From Thermoproteota archaeon (lineage in GTDB: Archaea; Korarchaeota; Korarchaeia; Korarchaeales; Korarchaeaceae): a DNA stretch of 64,000 nucleotides. Below are positions 46,737 to 56,588 of this stretch, one piece after another. Below the pieces are notes generated by a model. The model was given only the letters and a program-made list of their open reading frames with translations, searched no databases and had not been told where the DNA came from. The first letter of the stretch is position 1. Each line of letters opens with the position of its first letter. Where the stretch lies: the NCBI GenBank assembly GCA_027491915.1, contig JAOZGC010000002.1, forward strand, positions 256,001 to 320,000, read 5' to 3'. The translations under genes and the position numbers were made by a program.

Positions 46737-47889
46737 TGGCCTCCATGGCTCCCCTTATCACCTCCTTGGAGGTCGCGAAGCTGAACCTCAGGTACCCCTC
46801 GCCCGGCTCGCCGAAGTCGGTCCCCGGCAGCACCGCCACCCCGGCCTCCTCCAGGATCCTCCTGGCCAGCTCCTTGGATCCGACCCCCAGCCTCTTGACG
46901 TTCGGCCAGGCGTAGAAGGTAGCCTTCGGCTTTATCATGCTGAAACCCGGTATTGAGTTTATCTCCCTGTGGATCAGATCCCTCCTCTCCTGGTATTCCC
47001 TTACCATTGCGTTCACCTCGTCCCTCGGCCCCTTAAGGGCCGCGACGGCCGCCTTCTGGACGAAGGAGACCGGGCACGACGTGGTGTTGAGCTGTATCTT
47101 CATCATCTTGTCGGCCATGTCCCTGGGGGCCACGGCGTACCCGAGCCTCCAGCCCGTCATGGCGAAGGTCTTACTGAAGCCGCTGATCATGACGGCCCTG
47201 TCCTCGGCTCCCGGTATCGAGAGCACGCTCTCGTGCCTCCTTCCATCGAACACTATGTCCTCATATATTTCATCGGAGAATATCCACAGGTCTTTCTCCC
47301 TGGCGACCTCAACGACGGCCTCCAGGTCCTCCCTCCTGTAGACCCCCCCGGTGGGGTTGCAGGGCGAGTTTATCACGATGGCCCTGGTCTTCGGGGTCAC
47401 GGCCTCCACTATCTCCTCCCCGCTCGGGGAGAACTCCCGCTCCTCCCTGAGGACCACCGGCTTGACCGCGCCGCCGACGAAGTTGACGACGCTCTCGTAG
47501 GCCGGGTACGCTGGCATCGGGATTATGACCTCGTCCCCCGGGTTTACCGTCGCCATCAGGGCCGCGAAGATGGCCAGCTTGGCCCCCACGAAGACGACCA
47601 CCTGATCGGGGGAGACGTCCACCCCCCTGGACTCGGACACGCTCTCCGCTATGGCCTCTCTGAGCTCCGGTATGCCGGAGGACGGGGTGTAACCCGTGTA
47701 TCCCTCATCCAGCGCCCTCTTGGCCGCCTCCTTTATGTGGGCCGGCGTGTCGAAATCCGGTTGGCCTATCTCCATGTGGTATATCCTGCGCCCTTGGGCC
47801 TCCAGCGCCTTGGCCCTGGCCAGGACCAGGAAGGCCCCCTCAACACCCAGTCGATCCATCCTGTCGGAGTATCGGGGCAATCTCCCCAC
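46699..47889 (-). CDS. Class I PLP aminotransferase (aspartate/aromatic)
   Basis: IGQPDF, NSPCNPTG, SDEIY, SKTFAMTGWRLG, YLRFSF; start approximate. Confidence 0.95.
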   Translation of the reverse strand: MGRLPRYSDRMDRLGVEGAFLVLARAKALEAQGRRIYHMEIGQPDFDTPAHIKEAAKRALDEGYTGYTPSSGIPELREAIAESVSESRGVDVSPDQVVVFVGAKLAIFAALMATVNPGDEVIIPMPAYPAYESVVNFVGGAVKPVVLREEREFSPSGEEIVEAVTPKTRAIVINSPCNPTGGVYRREDLEAVVEVAREKDLWIFSDEIYEDIVFDGRRHESVLSIPGAEDRAVMISGFSKTFAMTGWRLGYAVAPRDMADKMMKIQLNTTSCPVSFVQKAAVAALKGPRDEVNAMVREYQERRDLIHREINSIPGFSMIKPKATFYAWPNVKRLGVGSKELARRILEEAGVAVLPGTDFGEPGEGYLRFSFATSKEVIRGAMEAIRGWVSENFPGA

Positions 47890-47937
47890 CTCCCTGCCCC
47901 CAAACTTCCTCAAAATCTTAAACTTTTGGAGGGGAGA

Positions 47938-48603
47938 TCACGGGGGCGACCTCTCCAGCAGGATCACCTCGCAGCAGTCGACCAGGGAGGCGAATCTCTC
48001 GGCGTCCTTTCTGCTCCCGACGATTTCCCCGTAATGCATGGGGATGACGATCCTGGGGGAGATCGCTCGGGCCGCTGCGGCCGCCTCCTCGGCGTCCATG
48101 ACGTAGGTCCCGCTGACGGGGAGGAGGGCCACGTCCACCTTCAATCCCTCCATCTCCGGTATAAGGTCCGTGTCCCCCGCGTGGTACACCCTCAATCCCC
48201 CCAGGGTCAGCACGTAGCCGACGTATCCCTTCTCCCTGGGGTGAAAACTCATCCTGTCCGGCCTCGTGTTGTACGCCGGAACCGCAACGACCTCTATTCC
48301 GGCCAGCCGGATCGAGTCCCCCGGCTTGACCTGGAAGAATTTGCCCCCGATCCCCCTGAGCTTCCTAGCGCAGGTCTTCGGCGCCACGATGGCGGTCTCC
48401 GGGCCAGATACCCATCTCACGTCCTCGGGGCTGCAGTGATCGTAGTGATCGTGGGTGATCAGGACCGCGTCGGCCGTCCTGCCCCGCCCCCCCAGCCTGA
48501 AGGGATCCACGTACACCACCGGCCTCCCCCCCGGGCCGATCAGCCTGAAGCAGTCGTGTCCCAGCCACTCCAGCTCTATCTCGCCCACCCTCAACTCCAT
48601 CAC
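47938..48603 (-). CDS. Metallo-beta-lactamase-fold hydrolase
   Basis: WLGH, DPF, THDHYDH, YHAGDT, IPMHYG. Confidence 0.93.
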   Translation of the reverse strand: MMELRVGEIELEWLGHDCFRLIGPGGRPVVYVDPFRLGGRGRTADAVLITHDHYDHCSPEDVRWVSGPETAIVAPKTCARKLRGIGGKFFQVKPGDSIRLAGIEVVAVPAYNTRPDRMSFHPREKGYVGYVLTLGGLRVYHAGDTDLIPEMEGLKVDVALLPVSGTYVMDAEEAAAAARAISPRIVIPMHYGEIVGSRKDAERFASLVDCCEVILLERSPP

Positions 48604-48606
48604 CCC

Positions 48607-49494
48607 TCACGAGTACTTCGTCACCCTGGTCATGGATATCTCGCTCGTCACCACGTCCACGAAAGTCTCCACCCCGACCAGCTTGGGGAGCCTCCTGACC
48701 ACGTCCCTCTCGGTGACTATCCCCTTCAGCTTCCCGTCCTCCATCACTAGGAGGCTCCCGACCCCCCTGAACCTCATCTCACCCAGGGCCTCCGAGACGT
48801 CGGCGTCCGGGGAGACGGAGGCCACCTCTCTGGATCCAAGGTCCCCTATCCTGGTCGAGAAGGCCGCCTCCCCCCCGCCCGACTCCACGGCCGCCTTGAC
48901 CTTCTGAGAGGCCGCCGCGGCTATCAGGTCCTTCATCGAGAAAACGCCAGTTATCTCGCCCCCTTCCTCCAGGGGGAGTCTCCTGATCCCCCGGAACACC
49001 ATGGTCTTGGCCGCGTCCATCATAGTCGAATCAGGGTTGGCGGTAATCACCGGGGAGCTCATGATCTCCCTCACCTTAACGAAGGTCCTGTGGCCAGCCA
49101 GGGCGTCCGCTACGTGCCTCTCCGATATTATGCCTATGACGTGCCCGTACCTGTTCAGCACCGGGATCGCCCCGACGTTTTTCTCCATGAACTTCGAGAT
49201 CACCTTGGCAAATCCGCCGACCATCTGGACGGTCACCGGGTTCTCCGTCATCACGTCCCCGGCCGTCGTCTCGAACAGCGCCCTCCTCAGCCCCTCCGAG
49301 GAGGGGTCCTCCACGACCCTCCTGAACAGGTCCCTGGCCGAGACGATTCCCACGATCTTCCTCCCGTCCAGGACCGGGGCGTGCCTCACCCTCCTGTTGG
49401 CGAACCCCCTCAGGATGGCCCACAGGGGTGTATCTCGCCTGGCCACGACGGCCGGCGGATACCTCCCTATGACCGCGGTCACCGGGTCCCCCAC
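48607..49494 (-). CDS. Tandem CBS-domain protein (4 CBS)
   Basis: RHAPV..GIVSARD, GAIPV..GIISER, RRLP, GSLLV..GIVTERD. Confidence 0.92.
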   Translation of the reverse strand: MGDPVTAVIGRYPPAVVARRDTPLWAILRGFANRRVRHAPVLDGRKIVGIVSARDLFRRVVEDPSSEGLRRALFETTAGDVMTENPVTVQMVGGFAKVISKFMEKNVGAIPVLNRYGHVIGIISERHVADALAGHRTFVKVREIMSSPVITANPDSTMMDAAKTMVFRGIRRLPLEEGGEITGVFSMKDLIAAAASQKVKAAVESGGGEAAFSTRIGDLGSREVASVSPDADVSEALGEMRFRGVGSLLVMEDGKLKGIVTERDVVRRLPKLVGVETFVDVVTSEISMTRVTKYS

Positions 49495-49562
49495 CTGAGA
49501 TCGACCCCGGTGGGAGGCCCGAGTTAAGATATAAGGAGAGGAGGGGAGGGGAAGAGGGGATG

Positions 49563-50171
49563 TCAGAGGATCCTGACGCCCATGGCCTCGGCCCCGTTAT
49601 CGTAGATTTCCCTTATCTTGAACAGGTAGGCGGGCGTCTTCTTCCAGTCCCTTGGTTTGGAAGGCCTGTGGAACAGGTCGTGGACGGAGTTGACGAACTC
49701 CCAGATCGGACCGGACTCGTGGATCTCCACATCGCACCTGAGCTCGTAGGACGTCTCGGGCGGCGTGAAGAACAGGATGGTGGCCCTCGCCGGCCCCCCG
49801 GAGGTCAAGTTCCTCCAGGTGTGCCCCTTCGCCAGCTCCAGGGTCGTCAGCTTCCCGAAATCTATTTTGTCCTCGACGTATATCTCCCCCAGGAGGAACT
49901 CGGCCGCCCTCCTTGGGTCGAACGGCCTGGCCAACTCCTCTCTCATCCTCTCCAGGGTCTCCTCCAGGACTTCCTCCCTGTGTATGAATCCTATCCCCTT
50001 TATGGACCCGTTGGGCCCGGCCGGGCCGCAGGTTATTATCGCCGGGTTGTGCCTGGTGAACCCCAGGAGGGTCCCGGGTCCCACGCGCCCCGAGGCCATC
50101 TCCCTGATGAGCCTCACCCTCTGCCTGAACGCGTACTCCACGAAGGCCTCCGGCATCTCCGGACCGCCCAC
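49563..50171 (-). CDS. Conserved protein, probable FMN-binding split-barrel (PNPOx-like)
   Basis: HNPAIIT..NGSIKG, HTWRNL..ATILF..SYELR, IREIYDN. Confidence 0.55.
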   Translation of the reverse strand: MGGPEMPEAFVEYAFRQRVRLIREMASGRVGPGTLLGFTRHNPAIITCGPAGPNGSIKGIGFIHREEVLEETLERMREELARPFDPRRAAEFLLGEIYVEDKIDFGKLTTLELAKGHTWRNLTSGGPARATILFFTPPETSYELRCDVEIHESGPIWEFVNSVHDLFHRPSKPRDWKKTPAYLFKIREIYDNGAEAMGVRIL

Positions 50172-50203
50172 GTCGAGTCACCGGCCCCCGGTCGTTCCGT
50201 TCC

Positions 50204-50842
50204 CTAATAACCGCGCCCTCCCAGACGCAGGGCCCGTGCGGCCTTCTTGAGGGTGGTCCTCAGCCTCAGGGACGCCCTCCTCAGGATTCCCGGGGGCCTC
50301 ACGTCTGGCGGGCTCAAGGCGATGCTCAGGGGTATCTCCCCCATGCCTACCATCATCATGAACGCGGAGAAGGTCCTGACCGCCTCCTCCTGTTCGTGGG
50401 TCTCCACGGCACCGGGCCTCAGCCTCCTGACCCTGTCTATGGCCGCCTGGGCGTTGAGCCCGTTGGAGTAAACCAGGTAGGCCGCCGCCAGGGTTCCGGA
50501 TCGGCCGACCCCGGCGAAGCAGTGGATCGCCACCGGTTTCCCGGACCTGGCCCTCCCGTCGATCCACCGGCAGGCCGCCAGCATGTCCCGCGGGTCGGGG
50601 GCCAGCCCCTTCTCCACGGGCATGAAGAGGATCTCCATTCCCTCCGCGAGGACGGCCGACTCGTAGAGGCCCTCGGACCCCCAGAATATGGACAGCTCGT
50701 GCTCGGTCGCCAGGCAGACTATGGCCCCTATCCCCAACCTACTGAGGGTCCTCAGGGTGTCCCTCCTGGTCGGGAGCCTGGACACCGCGATCTCGGACGG
50801 GACTATCCACGTCATCAGGGTCAAGGCGTCCCCTCCCCCCAC
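50204..50842 (-). CDS. Dual-specificity/tyrosine protein phosphatase
   Basis: CX5R motif HCFAGVGRSG; RRLRPGAVET..Q. Confidence 0.9.
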   Translation of the reverse strand: MGGGDALTLMTWIVPSEIAVSRLPTRRDTLRTLSRLGIGAIVCLATEHELSIFWGSEGLYESAVLAEGMEILFMPVEKGLAPDPRDMLAACRWIDGRARSGKPVAIHCFAGVGRSGTLAAAYLVYSNGLNAQAAIDRVRRLRPGAVETHEQEEAVRTFSAFMMMVGMGEIPLSIALSPPDVRPPGILRRASLRLRTTLKKAARALRLGGRGY

Positions 50843-50902
50843 GCGCGGCCCGATCCGACGACCACCCCGGGCCCGGACGCCCCGCCCCGCGCCGCTCTGG
50901 GG

Positions 50903-51820
50903 TCAGCCTCCCCCGACCAGCACGCCCGCCTCCACCCCCCCGCCCGGCCTTATGTAGGCGTAGGCCATCCTCGCCGTGGTGTGGGCCAGCCCGATCTCTC
51001 CCTCCCTGTCGAGGACTATCAGGCCGCCCCTCCCGCCGGTCCTCCTGAGCAGGATATCGAGGGCCCCCTCGGCGGCCGCACCCGGGTCCGCCCCGGCCGC
51101 CAGGGCGTCCACCGCGGCCTTGGCCATTAAGACCCTCATTATCCCCTCTCCCCACCCGGTGGACACCGCCGCCCCAACCTCCCCGTCGGCGTAGAGGCCG
51201 GCCCCCACTATCGGGGAGTCTCCCACCCTGCCCACCATTTTGAAGGGGGTTCCCCCCGTGGAGACGGCGGCCGCCAGGTTCCCCGAGTCGTCCAGAGCGG
51301 CGGCCCCCACGGTCCCGCCGGAGAATATGTCGGGCGGACGTCCTCCCCCTCCCGCCCTCTCCCTCTCCCTCTCCCTCCTCCAGCGCTCCAGCTCCCTCTC
51401 GACTATGAGGTCCCCCGGCGCGCACATCTCCAACCCCAACCGCTCGGCGAGCCTCTCGGCCCCCTCGCCGACCAGCATGACGTGCTCCGTCCTCTCCATA
51501 ACGGCCCTGGCCAGGGTAACCGGGTGTCTGACCCTTCTCACCGCCCCGACCGCCCCGGCCTTGAGGTCTCGCCCGTCCATTATCGCGGCGTCCAGCTCCA
51601 CGAACCCCTCCTCGTTGAGGAAGGAACCCACCCCGGCGTCGAACGTCGGGTCATCCTCCATGACCCTGACGGCGGCCTCCACCGCGTCCAGGGCGCTCCC
51701 CCCTCTGGACAACACCTTCCAACCCTCCCTGGCCGCCCTGGAGGTTCCCCTGACGTGATCCTCTACTAGGTCGTCCGGTATGTTCCAGGCCCCACCGTGG
51801 ACTACTATGGCCGTCCTCAA
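50903..51820 (-). CDS. Isoaspartyl peptidase / L-asparaginase (Ntn hydrolase)
   Basis: VHGGA, ELDAAIMDG, autocleavage site G-TVGA, STGG..GRVGD, TG.GE. Confidence 0.95.
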   Translation of the reverse strand: MRTAIVVHGGAWNIPDDLVEDHVRGTSRAAREGWKVLSRGGSALDAVEAAVRVMEDDPTFDAGVGSFLNEEGFVELDAAIMDGRDLKAGAVGAVRRVRHPVTLARAVMERTEHVMLVGEGAERLAERLGLEMCAPGDLIVERELERWRRERERERAGGGGRPPDIFSGGTVGAAALDDSGNLAAAVSTGGTPFKMVGRVGDSPIVGAGLYADGEVGAAVSTGWGEGIMRVLMAKAAVDALAAGADPGAAAEGALDILLRRTGGRGGLIVLDREGEIGLAHTTARMAYAYIRPGGGVEAGVLVGGG

Positions 51821-51891
51821 GTCTCCCCCTCGGAGAGGGGGGCGGCCATCGTATAAATCTTTGAACGGATCCGGCCGGCGCGGGGGGGAAC

Positions 51892-52410
51892 TTGGGGCCG
51901 ACGGGCGCAGGGCCTGGATGTAGCGGCGGGCCTCCAGGTAGGTGGGACGCGGCCGTCGGGGTCCTGATCAGGACCGGAGGCCGAGGGAGGCAGATCCTCC
52001 TGGTCAGGAGGGCCGACAGGGAGGGAGACCCATGGTCCGGCCAGGTGGCCCTCCCAGGAGGGATGAGGATGGAGGGCGAGGCCCACCCGGCGGAGACGGC
52101 GGCGAGGGAGGTCCGGGAGGAAGTGGGGATAGATCCGGCCGGATCCGCCCGCCGGTGCGAGGTCCTCCCTCCGGTCAGGTCGAGGGCCGCCGGCCTGGTG
52201 GTGGTCCCGGTACTCATGGAGGGGGACTTCGGGGATCCCTCGCCGGATGGGCGGGAGATATCCGAGGCGGCGTGGATCTCCCTGGAGGACCTAGAACACT
52301 GCTTCGCGTCGATCGGCGGTGCCCAGGTCCCGGCCCTCCGCGCCGGGACCATGGTGGTCTGGGGGCTAACTTATAGGGTGATCCTCCGGGTCCTTGAGAA
52401 GGTCGGCTGA
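51892..52410 (+). CDS. Nudix hydrolase, CoA-pyrophosphatase-like
   Basis: DPWSGQVALPGG..ETAAREVREEVG, VWGLTY. Confidence 0.88.
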   Translation: MGPTGAGPGCSGGPPGRWDAAVGVLIRTGGRGRQILLVRRADREGDPWSGQVALPGGMRMEGEAHPAETAAREVREEVGIDPAGSARRCEVLPPVRSRAAGLVVVPVLMEGDFGDPSPDGREISEAAWISLEDLEHCFASIGGAQVPALRAGTMVVWGLTYRVILRVLEKVG

Positions 52411-54948
52411 TTGGGGGTAGACTCGATGTCAGGCCGCCGCCCGAGATCCGACGACCTGTGGGATGCGTCTTACGTCCTGCTGGTAATTCTGATATCCCTG
52501 CTGGAGTTCAGGGGGATGCTGCCCGACGGCTATCCCCCGGGGGTCGGCGGGGACTCGCTGGGTCACCTGTTCAAGATCTGGGTCGTCCGGGACTACCTCG
52601 GGCGCGGGGACCTCCCGCCGCCCTGGATCAGGTGGTGGGGGGCCGGCTTTCCATTCCTGAGGTTCTACCCCCCGCTGACCTACCTGCTGGCCGGGGCCGC
52701 CGCCCTGATCCTGGGGGGCCCCTCCAGGGGGTACAGGTTCGTCGCCCTGGCGGCCCTCGTGCTCGGCCCCCTGGCGATGGACAGGGCCGCCAGGCCCCTG
52801 CTCAGGTCGGCCGCCGCGTCCCGCGCAGCGGGTCTGATATACGGATTCAGCTCCTGGCACCTCAGGATGATCTCGGCGGAGGGGAACCTCCCCATGTTCC
52901 TAGGCTTCTCGGCCGCCCCGGTGACCCTCCTGGCCGCCGAGAGGATCTTGGAGCCGGGGGCTGATTGGAGGTCCGTGCTGCCCTCCGCGGCCGGGTTCGG
53001 CCTGCTCGTCCTGATTCACCACACCTCCGCCCTCTCAGCCGTCGTCGCCGTCCTCCCCCTGGCGGCCGCCGCGGCTCCGGGCGTCGTCAGGGACGAGGGT
53101 ATCTCGCCGGTCGCCAAGAGGGCCGCGGCCGCCTTGGCAATCGCCTTCGGCGTCTCATCCGTGTGGCTGATTCCCGCGGTCGCGGAGGCCGGCAGGGCCA
53201 GGTTCCTCTCAGTAAGACAGTTCCCCGGCCAGCTCGAGTTCTGGAGCGTCAATCCGGGGGACGTTCTGACCTGGCCCCCCCGGGGGTACAGCCAGCACCT
53301 GGGTGTCGTGCTCTTGGCGGCGCCGGCGGTCGCGGCGGCGGCCGCCAGGCGCAGGGAGGCCATCGTCCTGGCCGCCACCGGATACGCGGCGCTGATCGCA
53401 TCCTTCGGATCCCACGGTCCCCTCGGTTGGCTCTTCCTGGTGGACCCCATATCTTCCTTTCCTCCAATCAGGCTCGTGCCCACCTTCGTCTTCTGCGCCT
53501 CCTTGGCGGCGGTCTACTGGTTCCCGGCGACGGGCGGCGGGTCGCTTCGGCGCGCCAGGCTGGCGGCCCTGGGACTTGCCGCGCTGACCGTCCTCTCCAT
53601 CGCGGAAGCCTATCCCAGGACCGCCGACATGTCCGTCGGCTGGATGCCGCCGGAGGACTACCTCGAGGCCGTGGTGTGGGCGGCGTCCGAGATACCCCCC
53701 TACGCGCGCATATACCAGCCCGGCCTCCCGGCGGTGGAGGGGTCCCTTCCATCCCTCCTCCCCTCCATCGTTCGCAGGCCCATCTTGGGCTCCTGGTATG
53801 CGGAGGCGACCCAGATCAGGTGGGATCTCGTGCTCCTGGATGAGAGGATGAGGCTACCGTCGGAGTCGGCATGGGTCAGGCGGGCCCTCAAGTCCTACGA
53901 CGTCTGGGCGGTCATCCTGAGCGACAGGATACCCCTCCGGGACGAGGTGGCCGAGACCCTGTCCGGCGCCGGATTCTCCGCCGCCTGGAGATCCGGCGAG
54001 TACACGGCGTGGATCGGCAGAGGCCGCCCGGCGGAGGCCGTCAGGGGGAGGGTGCTGGCCATCGGGAAGTCAGCCTGGGTGGTCGATCGGATACTCCAGG
54101 ACGCCTCGGTGGACCGGGGCGGCAGCGACTACCTGGACGACTACGACCCCTCAGAGCTCTCAGGGTATGACCTGGTGGTGCTCTGCGGCTACGGGTACAG
54201 GAACCCGGGGAGGGCCAGGGAGGTGCTGACCTCCTACCTGACGTCCGGGGGGAGGGTGGCCGTGAGCACCTTCGGCAGCCCGGATCAGGACTCCCCGAAC
54301 GTGCTGGGACTGGGATTCAGGTCCAAGACCTTCTCCCTGAACGGGACTGTCGGCGTCTCCGGCACGCTGGCCGGGATCCTCTCCCCTTTCTCCTACGAGG
54401 GCGGCCCTTGGATGGGGCCCCTCTACTCCGGACCGGGGGTAGAGCCGAACTCGTCGATCGGCGGGTGGACCCTGCTCGGCAGGGCGAGGTTCGGCCCCGG
54501 GGAGGTCCTGCTGATAGGGGGGAACCTGCTCTACCACGCCGTCTACAGCGGGAACGGGGACGAGGCGGCGGCGCTGGCGAACTTCATGCTCCCGCCGCCC
54601 CCCGAAGTCGAGGTCTCCGTCTCGCGGTGGGGGGACGGAGAGATCTCCCTCAGGGTCTCCTCACCCCGGGAGACCGCGATCCTGATATCCGAGGCCTGGT
54701 ATCCCAGGTGGGAGGCCCAGGTCGACGGCTCCCCAGTCCCAACCTGGGAGGACGGCCGGACGGGGCTGACCTGCGTCAGGATCCCTCCCGGGGTCAGCGA
54801 GGTGAACCTATCTTTCGCCGAGCCCTGGAGGCCCCTGTACCCGGCCAGCGCGGCCTCCGCGGCGGCCGCCCTCCTGGCGCCGCTCACCGCCGGAGGGAGA
54901 GGAGGATCAGGAGGCGGGCGTAGGAGAGGACGGTCCGCCAGACCCTGA
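52411..54948 (+). CDS. GT-C-fold membrane glycosyltransferase (PTPS-related/YfhO-like)
   Basis: GDSLGH, W..W..GFPFLRFYPPL, about 11 TM, extracellular domain with SEAWYPRW, C-terminal TM. Confidence 0.8.
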   Translation: MGVDSMSGRRPRSDDLWDASYVLLVILISLLEFRGMLPDGYPPGVGGDSLGHLFKIWVVRDYLGRGDLPPPWIRWWGAGFPFLRFYPPLTYLLAGAAALILGGPSRGYRFVALAALVLGPLAMDRAARPLLRSAAASRAAGLIYGFSSWHLRMISAEGNLPMFLGFSAAPVTLLAAERILEPGADWRSVLPSAAGFGLLVLIHHTSALSAVVAVLPLAAAAAPGVVRDEGISPVAKRAAAALAIAFGVSSVWLIPAVAEAGRARFLSVRQFPGQLEFWSVNPGDVLTWPPRGYSQHLGVVLLAAPAVAAAAARRREAIVLAATGYAALIASFGSHGPLGWLFLVDPISSFPPIRLVPTFVFCASLAAVYWFPATGGGSLRRARLAALGLAALTVLSIAEAYPRTADMSVGWMPPEDYLEAVVWAASEIPPYARIYQPGLPAVEGSLPSLLPSIVRRPILGSWYAEATQIRWDLVLLDERMRLPSESAWVRRALKSYDVWAVILSDRIPLRDEVAETLSGAGFSAAWRSGEYTAWIGRGRPAEAVRGRVLAIGKSAWVVDRILQDASVDRGGSDYLDDYDPSELSGYDLVVLCGYGYRNPGRAREVLTSYLTSGGRVAVSTFGSPDQDSPNVLGLGFRSKTFSLNGTVGVSGTLAGILSPFSYEGGPWMGPLYSGPGVEPNSSIGGWTLLGRARFGPGEVLLIGGNLLYHAVYSGNGDEAAALANFMLPPPPEVEVSVSRWGDGEISLRVSSPRETAILISEAWYPRWEAQVDGSPVPTWEDGRTGLTCVRIPPGVSEVNLSFAEPWRPLYPASAASAAAALLAPLTAGGRGGSGGGRRRGRSARP

Positions 54949-55597
54949 GCTTGCTCTTTCCCCTCTTCCTCTCGTAGTGCACCACCGCGGGGACCTCAAT
55001 CACCCTGCACCCGGCCCTGGAGAGCCTCGCCAGGATCTCAAGCTGGATCTCAAAGCCGCGCGACTCCGGGAAGTCTTCCTGGGACATCAGCAGCCTGACG
55101 CACCCGGCCCTGTAGCACCTGTACCCGCTCGACACGTCCCTGACCTCCAGCCCTAGGATCGCCCTGGCCAGGTGGGAGAGGCCCCGGCTGAGCGCCCTCC
55201 TGAGCGCCGGGACCCCCACCTGCCCTCCCCCCCGAACGTACCTGGACGCGATCGCCACGTCGGCCCCTCCCAGGCAGGCCTCGGCCAGCCCGGGGATCAG
55301 TCCCGGGTCGTGGGTTCCGTCGGCGTCCATGGTCACCAGCAGGTCGTCTTCCGCCGAGTTGTCCGCGGCCCACCCGAATAGCGTCAGGAGGGCGTCCCTC
55401 AGCCCGAGGTTCCTCGGGTGCCTGAGGACCACTATCCCCCACCGACGGGCGGCCTCCTCCAGTATGCCCGGGGTCCCGTCCTCGCTCCCGTCGTCGACCG
55501 CCACGACCGACACCCCCGGGCCGAGGGACCTTATCGCCCTCAGGAGGTCGGGTAGATTCTCCTCCTCATTGTAGCAGGGCAGCAGGACGAATATCAT
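54884..55597 (-). CDS. GT2 polyprenol-phosphate glycosyltransferase (DPM1-like)
   Basis: LPCYNEEEN, VDDGSEDGT, MDADGTH, ASRY, DVSSGYR, GKSK. Confidence 0.93.
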   Translation of the reverse strand: MIFVLLPCYNEEENLPDLLRAIRSLGPGVSVVAVDDGSEDGTPGILEEAARRWGIVVLRHPRNLGLRDALLTLFGWAADNSAEDDLLVTMDADGTHDPGLIPGLAEACLGGADVAIASRYVRGGGQVGVPALRRALSRGLSHLARAILGLEVRDVSSGYRCYRAGCVRLLMSQEDFPESRGFEIQLEILARLSRAGCRVIEVPAVVHYERKRGKSKLRVWRTVLSYARLLILLSLRR

Positions 55598-56535
55598 CTC
55601 CGGCGAACCTCCCTCCCCCGGCCGAGCAGAGCCCCCACGCCCACGGAGGAGCCGGCCAGCTCCGCCGCCCTGTCCAGGAGCAGGCTGCCCAGGGCCGCGT
55701 CCGGCGGGACCCCCAGCTCGGTCAGCAGGCCGACCCCGGCCGCCTCCACCACCCCCAGCCCGGCAGCCGACACCGGCAGGAAGGCGAAGGTGTAGACCAG
55801 GGGGTGGAGGAGGAAGAACGCCTCCGGCGGGGCGGAGGCCCCGGCCGCCAGGGCGGCGAAGAACCACCTGGTCGAGGTCAGCACCCAGGAGGCGGCCGTC
55901 AGGGCCGCCGCTGGCGGGAGGGCCCCGGCCGTCTCCCCCATGGCCTCTCCCACCCCCTCCAGCCACGCCCACAGGGACCTCGGCCTGCCGGAGGTGATCC
56001 TCCTGAGGGTCGACCTGATCCTACCGGAGGCCGCGGAGGCCAGGCCCGCCGCCATGGCGAAGGAGATCAGGGCCCCCACCACCGCCGACGAGGATCCCCT
56101 CCCCGCGAGGCCGAGGTACGCCGAGGCCGCCGCCAGGACGGCCGACCTCAGGGCGAAGTCCACAGACTGGGCCGCGAACACCGCCCCGGCCACGGCATCC
56201 CTGTCCGCCCCGTCGGCCGCGAGCGGTATGACCACCAGGTACCCGGCCCTCGCCGGGGTGACCGCCCCGGCCAGGTACCCGGCCAGGTGGGGGAGGAGCA
56301 CCGACCTGAATGGGGCCCTCCCGCCGGTCAGGATCGCCAGCCTGAGCCCGGTGACCGACGCGGCCGCCAGGTGGCAGATCACGGCCGCCAGGAAGGGGAG
56401 GGGGTCGGCCCCCTCGATCCTCCCCACAACGCGGCCGGCCCCGGCCCACCAGACCACTGCGGCCAGGGCGGACAGGCCCACCGCCAGCGAGGCGACCCTC
56501 CCGACGACGTCCGACCTCCCCCACCTCGGGGACAT
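55594..56535 (-). CDS. UPF0104 / flippase-like membrane protein
   Basis: VTPARAG, LP..AGLGVVE, LLDR; coupled to the GT2 gene by an ATGA overlap. Confidence 0.8.
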   Translation of the reverse strand: MSPRWGRSDVVGRVASLAVGLSALAAVVWWAGAGRVVGRIEGADPLPFLAAVICHLAAASVTGLRLAILTGGRAPFRSVLLPHLAGYLAGAVTPARAGYLVVIPLAADGADRDAVAGAVFAAQSVDFALRSAVLAAASAYLGLAGRGSSSAVVGALISFAMAAGLASAASGRIRSTLRRITSGRPRSLWAWLEGVGEAMGETAGALPPAAALTAASWVLTSTRWFFAALAAGASAPPEAFFLLHPLVYTFAFLPVSAAGLGVVEAAGVGLLTELGVPPDAALGSLLLDRAAELAGSSVGVGALLGRGREVRRR

Positions 56536-56588
56536 CCCGCCTCTCCCTCCCCCCACCCTTATTAACGTCCGCCGGGGATCCACATCAA

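Noticed and set aside
46969-48750. 593-aa plus-strand ORF
   Set aside because: Antisense shadow of the aminotransferase, MBL and CBS genes. It has no motifs, and long shadow ORFs are expected at high GC.
51354-51380. (CCCTCT)n tandem repeat
   Set aside because: Encodes the RERERER low-complexity linker of the asparaginase; too short to be meaningful.
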